Shown here: piece after piece, positions 8,487-17,098 of the stretch
Layout of the letters: every line of letters begins with the position of its first letter
Position numbering within the stretch: position 1 is the stretch's first letter
From: an uncultured Verrucomicrobiales bacterium
GTDB taxonomy: Bacteria > Verrucomicrobiota > Verrucomicrobiia > Verrucomicrobiales > DEV007
Assembly: GCA_938091905.1 (NCBI GenBank)
Contig: CALKOM010000048.1
Coordinates: 1 to 19,476, forward strand
DNA length: 19,476 nt
Direction: 5' to 3'
The notes under the pieces: model-generated
What the model saw: only the letters and a program-made list of their open reading frames with translations
The model's database searches: none
What the model was told of the DNA's origin: nothing
Translations under genes and position numbers: made by a program

Positions 8487-11400
8487 TCAGCGCAGGGTTA
8501 CGAGGTAGGCGACGAGGTCTCTTATCTCACGTTTGCTGAGGATCGCTTTGAGGTCGGGCATCGTGCTCAAGGGTGTGCTCTTCGACGCGATGGCAGGATG
8601 CGCGTAGCTCTCCCGACGCCCGTCTGGCAACTTCACTTCGATGGCACCGGCGGTTTCATTCATCAGTGTACCGACCACTGAGTTTCCGTTTTTGAGAACC
8701 AAGGTGACGACACCATACCCTGCTACGACCGCTGCCTGTGGATCGACGATGGACTGTAGGAGATACGACCGGGGGTAGCGCGAGGCGATTCCTTGCAAGC
8801 TGGGGCCAACCTGTTTATCGGCGTCCTTCAGGGCGTGGCATTTTGAGCAAGATGCCATGGGATGTCCCAAGAACAGGGCTTCGCCGATCTCAGGGTCTCC
8901 TCCTGTGAGGACGAGATCAAATTCTGCCAGTGGTCCGCCGGTCGTGATCTGGTTATGGAATCCATTCAAGGCTTTTTTTAGGCCTGTGTGCGTCTCGGCC
9001 AGGGCTGAAGCAGCCTCGAACACATCGAGCTGCAGTTCTGTCGCGAGCTTGCCGGCGATCAAGTCATCGACAAATGGACGAATGACGGATTGCGGGTTTG
9101 GAAGGGAAGACACCCGTGATAGCGCGTATTGCATTTCCCGGGTGTCTTGTGAGTTTTCAAGAGTCGAAATCAGGTAGTGTTCGATTTCCTTTCCGGCGCC
9201 TTCCGCCTCGAGCAACTGCTCTGCTGCGGTGCGGCGTAGCGATGCCGACTTTGCCTTCAATGCCGCAATTCCGACCGGTTTAAATTTCCCTGAATCCTGA
9301 AGGCGCAGCCAGCATAGCCACTCCGCGCGTACGGCCTCGGCCTTGCCGGGATCCATGACGATTTTGACGACCTGTTGCCAGCGCGCATCGGATGGCTTCA
9401 GACTGGAGAGGATCTCAATTGCCTTTTTTGAAATTGCTTCGTTCTTGTCTTTGGACAGCCTCCATAGCCCTTCTCCAAAGGCTACCTTAAGGGCCTCGTG
9501 ACCGAAGGCTGGCACCGGGAAGTGGCGACCGTCGACGGGATCCAAGACCATTTCTTTTGACCAGGACAAAAGTGTGTTCAGCGCCTCGAGGCGTTCGACA
9601 CGACCGAGCCGTGGCGCGTCGAGGAATGCGGCGATGCGCTTCAATGCCGCGACTGTTCCCAAGCGACGATTCGAGGCGAGCGCTCTCACGTTGAGCGCCG
9701 CATCGTGTTCGGGTCGAAGCATGGCAGCGAGCGCCTTGAGTGCTTCGGGGTGCTCGGAAAATGTCATCGGAGTTGCTTCGTCGTAGATTGCGCGCACGGC
9801 CTCGGTTGCGACCTGGGGTGAGGGGTCATTGAGAAATGGCAGAAGCTCGGCGATGGACTGCCGTTGCCGCAGCGCGACCACCGCGGCGAGGCGCATCGCC
9901 TCGGATGAATGGCTTGCGAATGCCTGCAGGTCCTGATCCTTGGCGGTTCCCACCAGCCCGTAAATCCCGGCATGGCGTAAAACTGGAACCTTGTTGTCTG
10001 CGGCCACGAGCAACTCCGTGAGCGGGGCAAGTGCCTGCTTGTTCTTCAGTTTACCAGTAGCGATGGCCGCAAGAGCCTGCACTCGTGGGGAAGGGTCCTG
10101 AAGCAAGTTGAGCAGCACTCCGTCCGGATCGAAGCTGAGGTCGCCGGCCCAACGCGCCACTTGCGCTCGCAACTCCGGGTCAGGATCCGTGCTGAGTTTC
10201 AGGAGAAGGTCCCGGTTCCTGTCTGCCAGCTGACCTAGCGCCCACAGGCTGTGGAGACGTGGAAATTGCGACGCGTTCGGGTCCATCGCCAGTGAGCGCA
10301 ATTCCTCAAGTGCGCCACGGGCGACCAGTTCGAACTGCGCCCCTTGCCGAATCCGCTTGTCGGCATGGCCGAGAGACAGCAGCAGATCGGCTGTTGGCTG
10401 CGCTTTGAAACCCTTACGCAATTGGGTTTCCACCGCTGCCATGGCCGGTTCCTTCTTGTCGCCGGTTTGCAGGGCCCATAGCGGGCTCATCTTCCCCGGT
10501 TCCCACAGGACAAGGTACAGGCGCCCGTCGGGGCCGAATGCTGATGCCAACACCTGGGACGAGAGCCCCTGCACGATGGCGTCTTCTCCGCGACGCCTGA
10601 AACTGGCACCGTCCGGTACCATCTCGAAGGCCCGGATCACACCTTTGCCGCCTAACAGAAAATGATTGCGGTATTTTCCACCTAAGGCCGTGCCGGGCTG
10701 AAACGAAAACGCGGCTGGCGCGTTCCAGCTGTTTTCGATGGGCGGCAGGAAATGGGACGGTTGCGCATCGTGTAGAGGTTCCCACATGCGCTCAGACAAC
10801 CACGGGCTATAGAGATCCTTTCCCTTGCCCCCCAGCACCCGGTTACTGTGGCGGTATTGGTAGTAGTTCCGCCATCCCGAATCTGATCCTTCGGGAAGAT
10901 AAACCAGCCGTTCCTGTTCGCCCTGAAAGTCCGCGTCATGGTCGATGGCGAAGATGTTGCCGTAAGCATCGAAGTCGAAATACTGGCAATTGCGCAGTCC
11001 GTTGGCGAAGACTTCGAAATCGCTGCCATCCGGATTGCAGCGTAGGATGGCTCCCGTATGTGGGTCAGCCACGCGCCTGCCGTCTTGTCGCATGACGTTG
11101 AGACCGCGATCGCCCATGCTCCAGTAAATCTTGCCGTCGTAGCCCTGCACGATGCTGTGAAGGTCGTGGTTGCCATAGCCGAAGTGCGGGGCGAAGCCGT
11201 GGGCGAGGCTGGTCCGTTGATCGGCGCAACCATCGCCGTCGCTGTCGCTGAGCTTCCAGAGGTCGGGGATGATGGTGGCATAAACGTCCTTACCGATCGG
11301 TGTCACGCTGTGCGCCACGCCGGTGACGATATCATTGAAGCCCTTGGCAAATACCGTGGCCCCGTCATAGATGCCGTCCGCGTCCGCGTCTTGCAGGGTG

Positions 11401-12296
11401 AAGATCTTTTCGCTGCAGATGGCCAGGTCGGTGGCGTCGATCTTCTGATCGCCATTCACATCGGGCATCCCCTGGGCCTTGGCGATCTGTGGGGAGTAAT
11501 TCTGCTCGATCCATTCGTGCTTCTCCGCGACAGTGGTGATTCCCATGTCGAGCGGTTGCAGGAACGTCGATTGCAAAAGGCTGATCTCCTCTCTCATCTG
11601 TCGCACGGTTTCCGTGACGTAGACGGTCCCGTCCGAAGCAACACCGACGCCCATCAGTCGCTTGGGAAGATCGCCGCTCCCCATCAAGGGTGCGGCCACC
11701 AGACCGTTCAGTCCCTTCATGATCTTCCGCTGCGGGTCCTTGTCCACGAGCTTGGCCTCGCCGATCTCCTTGAGCACGACGTCATCATACCAAGCCTGCC
11801 CGGTCGAACTCCCCCAACCGCCGAAGAGGCAGTTGATCTCCAACTCGTGTAGTTTGTCATTCCTGAACACCGTGCTGACCCGCGTCCATTTCGCGGTTCC
11901 TGTCACCGCCTTCGTTTTCACCGCCTGCAGGTTCTGGATATTCAACAGGGCACCAACCGCACCCTTGATCTGGTTCGTCCTAATCCAGCCCGAGAGCTGG
12001 TAGGTTCTCCCCGGTTCCACGGCAACCTTGGTCGTCCACGCGGCATCAGCTCCCTTCACGGATACGATCGAAAGACACCGCTCCCCGGTGCGTCCGGGCG
12101 ACTCCACATCCCAGCGGATTTCCTCTGCTCCTTTCCATGCGTGCGATCCCCAGCCATGAACTCCCTCGCCATCAACGCGCTCGAAAGACGGGTTTGGCAG
12201 CAGGTTGCCAGCCTCATCATCCGCCGCCAAAGTGATCAATGGGCCGCAAAGCAGAATGCTGAGCAACATGGATTTCTTGATTGGTGCGCTGATCAT
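8487..12296 (-). CDS. PVC-type heme-binding protein: signal peptide + CBM4/9-like domain + sugar-dehydrogenase-like beta-propeller + HEAT repeats + cytochrome c
   Basis: NLLPNPSFE...YQLSGWIRT...WYDDVVL (CBM-like); DADADG, HDLHS, GYDGKIYWSMGDRG, ILRCNPDGSDFEVFANGLRN; HEAT repeats; GGDPEIGEALF...CSKCH...VGPSL...STMP (heme c with distal Met). Confidence 0.9.
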   Translation of the reverse strand: MISAPIKKSMLLSILLCGPLITLAADDEAGNLLPNPSFERVDGEGVHGWGSHAWKGAEEIRWDVESPGRTGERCLSIVSVKGADAAWTTKVAVEPGRTYQLSGWIRTNQIKGAVGALLNIQNLQAVKTKAVTGTAKWTRVSTVFRNDKLHELEINCLFGGWGSSTGQAWYDDVVLKEIGEAKLVDKDPQRKIMKGLNGLVAAPLMGSGDLPKRLMGVGVASDGTVYVTETVRQMREEISLLQSTFLQPLDMGITTVAEKHEWIEQNYSPQIAKAQGMPDVNGDQKIDATDLAICSEKIFTLQDADADGIYDGATVFAKGFNDIVTGVAHSVTPIGKDVYATIIPDLWKLSDSDGDGCADQRTSLAHGFAPHFGYGNHDLHSIVQGYDGKIYWSMGDRGLNVMRQDGRRVADPHTGAILRCNPDGSDFEVFANGLRNCQYFDFDAYGNIFAIDHDADFQGEQERLVYLPEGSDSGWRNYYQYRHSNRVLGGKGKDLYSPWLSERMWEPLHDAQPSHFLPPIENSWNAPAAFSFQPGTALGGKYRNHFLLGGKGVIRAFEMVPDGASFRRRGEDAIVQGLSSQVLASAFGPDGRLYLVLWEPGKMSPLWALQTGDKKEPAMAAVETQLRKGFKAQPTADLLLSLGHADKRIRQGAQFELVARGALEELRSLAMDPNASQFPRLHSLWALGQLADRNRDLLLKLSTDPDPELRAQVARWAGDLSFDPDGVLLNLLQDPSPRVQALAAIATGKLKNKQALAPLTELLVAADNKVPVLRHAGIYGLVGTAKDQDLQAFASHSSEAMRLAAVVALRQRQSIAELLPFLNDPSPQVATEAVRAIYDEATPMTFSEHPEALKALAAMLRPEHDAALNVRALASNRRLGTVAALKRIAAFLDAPRLGRVERLEALNTLLSWSKEMVLDPVDGRHFPVPAFGHEALKVAFGEGLWRLSKDKNEAISKKAIEILSSLKPSDARWQQVVKIVMDPGKAEAVRAEWLCWLRLQDSGKFKPVGIAALKAKSASLRRTAAEQLLEAEGAGKEIEHYLISTLENSQDTREMQYALSRVSSLPNPQSVIRPFVDDLIAGKLATELQLDVFEAASALAETHTGLKKALNGFHNQITTGGPLAEFDLVLTGGDPEIGEALFLGHPMASCSKCHALKDADKQVGPSLQGIASRYPRSYLLQSIVDPQAAVVAGYGVVTLVLKNGNSVVGTLMNETAGAIEVKLPDGRRESYAHPAIASKSTPLSTMPDLKAILSKREIRDLVAYLVTLR

Positions 12297-12489
12297 GGGA
12301 TGGTGTTATCGATCGTTCCGGGATTCGGAAGGAGGGAGCAATCTGATCGTTGGGGCGCCTATACTGAAGGGAAAAAATCAAGCGTGACCCTTCTTTGCCG
12401 GCTCCACCGTCCCGCCTTGTTTGAACTGGGGTACGGCTATCCGATGAAGCGATATGAAAAGGCCTGTCTCCACCATACAAAAAGCCCAT

Positions 12490-12513
12490 GCCAGAGGATT
12501 ACCTCTGGCTTTT
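12490..12513 (+). terminator. Intrinsic terminator-like hairpin
   Basis: GCCAGAGG-atta-CCTCTGGC followed by TTTT; an A-run (12478-12483) also precedes it. Confidence 0.55.
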
Positions 12514-12623
12514 GATCTTGCTGGCTGCCAGATATTTGTTTTTGTCCGAAGGTTCCTGAATCAGTCGTTGGACGGGAATGAGGGGGGGCAAAGCCTCACC
12601 CAAAAATCCATCCCGGAAGCACG

Positions 12624-12716
12624 ATGAAACTCAGAAGAATCCTATTTCTAATCGGCACTGTATTACTGCTAGGAAATTGCTTTTCGTCCATGGGGTCAGA
12701 TTCGCCGAACTGCTAG
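12624..12716 (+). other. Micro-ORF 2 (30 aa): MKLRRILFLIGTVLLLGNCFSSMGSDSPNC
   Basis: Direct translation; basic n-region plus hydrophobic h-region like a signal peptide. Its 3' part is repeat copy B. Confidence 0.4.
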
Positions 12717-12726
12717 GGATAGGAGG
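12664..12726 (+). repeat. 63-bp direct repeat, copy B
   Basis: 59/63 identical to 8339-8401. Identity resumes (tagt) after a G-run that is G8 here and G2 in copy A. Confidence 0.95.
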
Positions 12727-12734
12727 GGGGGGTA

Positions 12735-12771
12735 GTCCCTTTCGGTTTTTCACGTCCCTTTCGGTTTTTCA
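12735..12771 (+). repeat. 18-bp tandem duplication
   Basis: gtccctttcggtttttca at 12735-12752 and 12754-12771; the second copy includes the vapC stop codon. Confidence 0.9.
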
Positions 12772-13203
12772 GGTAACCAAGGGATTGTGCGTCTTGAGTT
12801 CCGGAAATTTAGAAAAGTCCCGATCAGCTGTCCAAAGTTCGGCCACTCCGTGGTTCAGACAGAGGGCGGCGATTCTAGCATCATGGACACGTCCTCCAGA
12901 AATCTTCGCATGGACACACAGCTTCCCGAGTCGCTCCAGATACCCTGGGCCTTCGTGAAGAAAGCGAAGGGTACTGGAATTCTGCCAACCCTCGATGGCT
13001 TTGAAAGCCACCTCTTGGGGAGTCGGCGGGCTGTAGATCCGAGGATGGGTTACGATGGCCAGGAACTCATGAATGGAACTCCAAGCAATCGCCCACGGAC
13101 GCCCACTGCTAGCCAGACCGTTGACTGCCGAAACGGACTTCTCATGCCACTCAGAGTCTTCCCGATGCGCGTAGACGAGAAGGTTGGTGTCGATGGCGAT
13201 CAT
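12769..13203 (-). CDS. vapC: Type II toxin-antitoxin PIN-domain ribonuclease toxin
   Basis: MIAIDTNLLVYAH...EFLAIVTHPRIY...VHDARIAALC...LWTADRDFSKF...NPL, with the four acidic PIN residues. Confidence 0.92.
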   Translation of the reverse strand: MIAIDTNLLVYAHREDSEWHEKSVSAVNGLASSGRPWAIAWSSIHEFLAIVTHPRIYSPPTPQEVAFKAIEGWQNSSTLRFLHEGPGYLERLGKLCVHAKISGGRVHDARIAALCLNHGVAELWTADRDFSKFPELKTHNPLVT

Positions 13204-13443
13204 TCAAGAGTCTTTGTAAATGGCGTCGCGAATGGAGTCCCAGCCCTTGTCGAGGAACTCTGGTTGTAGTCCTTTTCCATTAAACGTCACCCAATCGATC
13301 TGACCAGATTCTGGCGAGTCCGCCTGATCCAGAACTCTGCGCAATCCTTCCTCGATCAAGCGCCTCAGCGTCGTCTCCGATTCCTCAGCAAACGCCTTCG
13401 CTCGCAGGAGTACATCGTCAGCAATATCTACAGTTGTTTTCAT
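13204..13443 (-). CDS. vapB: Type II toxin-antitoxin antitoxin (VapB-like, ribbon-helix-helix)
   Basis: MKTTVDIADDVLLRAK...TLRRLIEEGLRRVL; 79 aa; its stop directly abuts the vapC ATG. Confidence 0.88.
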   Translation of the reverse strand: MKTTVDIADDVLLRAKAFAEESETTLRRLIEEGLRRVLDQADSPESGQIDWVTFNGKGLQPEFLDKGWDSIRDAIYKDS

Positions 13444-13478
13444 ATGGGCAACCATATTCATCGATGCGGGCTGGTCAA
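13442..13478 (-). promoter_or_regulatory. vapBC promoter with palindromic operator, probably leaderless
   Basis: TTGACC (13478-13473), 16 nt, TATGGT (13456-13451), 7 nt, ATG. Perfect inverted repeat ATATGG-gcaa-CCATAT (13442-13457) overlaps the -10 box and the start codon. Confidence 0.65.
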
Positions 13479-13675
13479 TATCAGAAAAAGACCCGGCCAA
13501 AGCGCAGTTGCAGATCGCGGCATTTCTCCTCGGGAAGCCCGAGAGCAGGTGGCGCGGACCGGCGTGGCGATCGATTACAATCCAAGCTTGCTGGCGCATC
13601 TTGCCGGGAGGCCATCAATCGCACGCCTGTGCCGGTGTGCGATAGCAGCGGACATATTCCATGAGAACCCGGTAG

Positions 13676-14002
13676 AAGAATACCCCGTCCCCACTGATTC
13701 GTCCCACGCTGCTCAGCTCCAAGGCCGAGGCCGATTTCAAAGGTAACTTTGTGTTCAGCACTTCGGAAGACGGAGAAAAGTTCACGGTCAACAACTCGCG
13801 CTACAACACGGTGAAGGTGTACAACGGCAAGAAATTCAATGCGCTCCGCGCCAAGGGCATGGAGGCCGAATCGGTGCTGCTGCTCACGCGTCAGTTGGAT
13901 CGCAACGTGCCGGTGAAGGCGAGCAAGGTGAAGATCACCGTCGTAACGGGTGACCAGCGGGTCTTCATCGACGAGATCGTGGTTAATCCGGCGCGAAAGT
14001 GA
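13676..14002 (+). pseudogene. Orphan C-terminal fragment of an unknown, probably beta-sandwich, protein
   Basis: Open frame after TAG 13673-13675: ...ADFKGNFVFSTSEDGEKFTV...KVKITVVTGDQRVFIDEIVVNPARK*. Strongly C/G-ending codons but no convincing start. Confidence 0.5.
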
Positions 14003-14110
14003 GGGCTGGCTGAGCGCTGGGCGCTGTCATTTTGCGATATACGCAAGATGGATGTCACAAATGGGCGTGTTTTGCGCAAAGAGGATAAGGGGGCATCGCG
14101 CCCGCCCGTC

Positions 14111-14162
14111 AAACCCACCTCCCGCAAACCCACCTCCCGCCCAGGGACCAAACCCACCGCCC
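14111..14162 (+). repeat. 15-bp tandem repeat plus a partial third copy in a C-rich tract
   Basis: aaacccacctcccgc at 14111-14125 and 14126-14140; aaacccaccgccc at 14150-14162. Confidence 0.85.
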
Positions 14163-14285
14163 ACCCAACGAAACTAAAAAAGCCCACGATATCTCAACGT
14201 GCCACTAGATGTCATAAAACTCTTCCCACTTAATGCTCCCTCCTGAAGCCAACCGCCACGCCGCCGCAAGGTCCCATTCTAGAAT

Positions 14286-14666
14286 ATGATTGAAAACCGT
14301 CTCTTAGACCGAGTTCTCGACTTTTTCTTCGACATCTATCGTCGGCTAGGTCGTGGGCTTATCGAAACCGTTTAAGAGGTGATTTTCTGTCAAAAGCTCG
14401 CCGCCATCGGCCTATCCGCAAAACGCCAAGTCTCTGTTCCCCTCAGTTTCGACGACATTCGCTTCGACGAAGGTTTTCGTGCCAACCTTATCGTCGAGCA
14501 CAAACTCATCATCGAACTCAAGTCCCTCAAAGCGCTAGAACCCGTTCACGCCAAACCGCTATTGACCCATCTCCGCTTACTCGACATGCGACTAGGACTC
14601 TTGATCAACTTCATCGAAGAACTCTTAAAGAACGGCATCAAGCGAGTCGCTAGCGGGATGTCTTAG
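14286..14666 (+). pseudogene. GxxExxY protein (PD-(D/E)xK nuclease family) pseudogene
   Basis: ATG 14286 MIENRLLDRV...LGRGLIETV*E: the signature Tyr codon is TAA (14373-14375). FRAN (14484) replaces the usual FRAD. IIELKS and LGLLINF are retained. Confidence 0.9.
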
Positions 14667-14673
14667 ATTCGAT

Positions 14674-14834
14674 GAAACCTCTCGCAATGGCGCTACGCCA
14701 CTAAAATATTACTGATAGATCTAACAAGCCCCATTCGGCTTCTATAGCCCTAGATTTGCAACCATCACAGAGTCCCATGAACATCATCCCTTCAGAGCTA
14801 TCCGTTGCGCCGTTGCGCCATTGCGAGAGGTTTC
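14674..14834. repeat. Perfect 20-bp inverted repeat built on an 8-mer unit, downstream of GxxExxY
   Basis: gaaacctctcgcaatggcgc (14674-14693) is the reverse complement of gcgccattgcgagaggtttc (14815-14834). The right arm is part of ccgttgcg-ccgttgcg-ccattgcg (14802-14825). Confidence 0.9.
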
Positions 14835-17090
14835 TCTTAACCCTAGTCGTTCTCGCGATCACCTTCACCTCGGCAAGCGCCGAGAAACATACCAAACAAC
14901 ACCGCACGAGCGATGCCCCTTTCCTCAAGCCTGCGGAAGCTGTTGCCAAGATGGAGATCCCCGAGGCTTTTGACGTTTCTCTCTTTGCTGCCGAACCTGA
15001 TATCGGGGAGCCTATCGCGTTCACTTTCGACGGCCGGGGCCGCATTTGGGTGGTCGAGAACGTACAACTACGTCAACCGCCGTTCGCACAAAGAGAACGT
15101 CCCACTGTCACGCATCCAGATCTTCGAGGACACCGATAGCGATGGCGTCTTTGATACCAAGAAACTTTTGACGGACAAGATCACGTTCAGCTCGGGCATT
15201 GCGATCGGCTTTGGCGGCGTCTACCTCGGCTCCCCACCGAACTTGCTCTTCATCCCTGATGCCAATGCCGACGATGTCCCGGATGGAGAGCCTAGAGTCT
15301 TGTTAGATGGCTGGGGTGCCCACGACCGTCACGAAACTCTCAACAGCTTCATCTGGGGCCCCGATGGTTGGCTCTACGGATGTCATGGCGTCTTCACGCG
15401 ATCCAATGTCGGCAAGCCGGGTGCACCAGCGAATGAACGCCAATTTATTGATGCTGGTATCTGGCGCTTCCATCCAGTGACCGAGAAATTTGAAATCTTT
15501 GCTAGAGGGCTGTCCAATCCGTGGGGCTTCGATTTCAACGACCTTGGCCACGGCTTTGCCACCTGCTGCTTCATCCCACACCTCTTCCACGTCGTGCAAG
15601 GAGGTGTCTACCACAAGCAGTCCAAGCCACATGTCAATCCCTACATCTACGACGATATCAAGACCATTCGCGACCACACGCACCTTTCAGCACACGGCGG
15701 CGCGCGTTTCTATTTGGCCGACACTTTCCCCGAGCCCTACCGGAACCAGCTTTTCATGTGCAATATCCATGAACACTGTGTTCTCACCGACTACATGGTG
15801 CCGAACAAGTCGTCCTACATCGGCAAGCACGGTTTCGATTTCATGCCCACGAATGACCTCGCCTGGGTTGGCTTCAGTGTCGAGATCGGTCCTGATGGTG
15901 GCGTTTACATCTTGGATTGGCATGATACCGATATCTGCGGCAACGCGATCAACTTTCCCAATAGCGGGCGCATCTACCGCATCCTCCCCAAAGACGCCCC
16001 GAAGATCAAACGGCCTAATATTCCCAGCATGAGCTATCTCGAACTCGTCAAGCTGCAAGCCCATCCCAACGATTGGTATGTTCGTCAGGCTCGAGTGGAA
16101 CTCCACACCCGCGCCGCTGCTGGCAAGCTTGATACTGCGGTAGTTCACAAAGCGCTGGACGATTACTTTAAGAGTGCACGCACATCGGGCAAGCGCCTCC
16201 GTGCGCTCTGGGCACTGCATGTGACCAACCGTTACGATGGCGTCGAGCGACACCCTCTTAGCAACCTTCTTGGGCACGAAGATGAACACATACGTGCTTG
16301 GGCCATCCAACTCCTATCAGAAGACGAGAATCCAAGCGATCTCGCGCGGCTTCAGTTCCAACACCTAGCCATGAACGATCCTTCACCGACGGTTCGTCTC
16401 TACCTTGCGTCTGCCCTGCAGCGGCTAGCCTTCGATCATCGCTGGCCTGTTCTTAGCGCTTTAGCAAAGCGCACTGAGGATGTTGACGATCCCAACATTC
16501 CTCGTGTTCTCTGGTACGGACTCGAACCCATGGTGACGGCACACCCAAACAAAGCTCTCGAAGTCGCGATTGACGGAAACATGCCCTTTCTCCAGGAGAG
16601 CGTCGCTCGCCGCATGGTCAGTGGCGCGTTGTCTATCAAAGGGCAGCCCAACTCATCAGAGAAACGCAAGTGGCGTCAGATCATTCATGAGATGGCTCCC
16701 GGATTCGCTGTCCAAAACGTTGGCGAAGGCGGTGTCCGCAAGCTCACCGGTTTTCGCAACGAAACGGCCGTCCAAACGCATCCACTGGATCGGAAAACTC
16801 CTTGCACTCTAACGAGAAAACTCCAAATCCCCGAGGGCAAGACGACCACGCTCAAGATTCGCGGTAGCTATCATCCTCATGGAGACTGGCAACTCCGCGT
16901 GCTTGCGGATAAGGACGTCCTTGCCGATCAGATCGTCAGCTACAAAAACATCCAAGAAGAGTGGTTCAATCTCGGTGTCGATCTTTCCAGGTTTGGCGGG
17001 AAGACGATCACACTTTCTGTGGAGAATCGCGCCAACGACTGGATGAATGAGTTTGGCTACTGGGGAAGTGTAAAGGTCGAGAGTAAGTAG
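14777..17090 (+). pseudogene. PVC-type propeller/HEAT protein with a C-terminal beta-sandwich, interrupted by a single +1 frameshift (pseudogene or sequence error)
   Basis: Frame 1: signal peptide...AKMEIPEAFDVSLFAAEPDIGEPIAFTFDGRGRIWVVEN. Extra G at ~15062. Frame 2: YNY...IQIFEDTDSDG...HETLNSFIWGPDGWLYGCHG...SNPWGFDFND...GPDGGVYILDW, then HEAT repeats. No CxxCH. Confidence 0.85.
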
Positions 17091-17098
17091 CTAGATCA

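Noticed and set aside
11058..11852. Long antisense or alternate-frame ORFs (264 aa here; also 15687-16310, 10682-11281 and others)
   Set aside because: They overlap well-supported genes, have no recognisable motifs, and are typical shadows of GC3-biased coding sequence.
8339..12771. CRISPR array or integron attC interpretation of the repeats
   Set aside because: Only two copies 4.3 kb apart, no spacer periodicity, no RYYYAAC/GTTRRRY boxes, and no cas or intI gene in the window.
13444..13599. N-terminal extension of VapB in the 131-aa ORF call
   Set aside because: Family similarity begins at MKTTVDI and the promoter/operator lies within the extension.
5257..14666. Stop-codon reassignment or read-through as an explanation for in-frame TAG/TAA codons
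   Set aside because: Intact genes end in TAG, TAA and TGA. The interrupted genes also carry frameshifts and/or catalytic substitutions, which fits ordinary decay.
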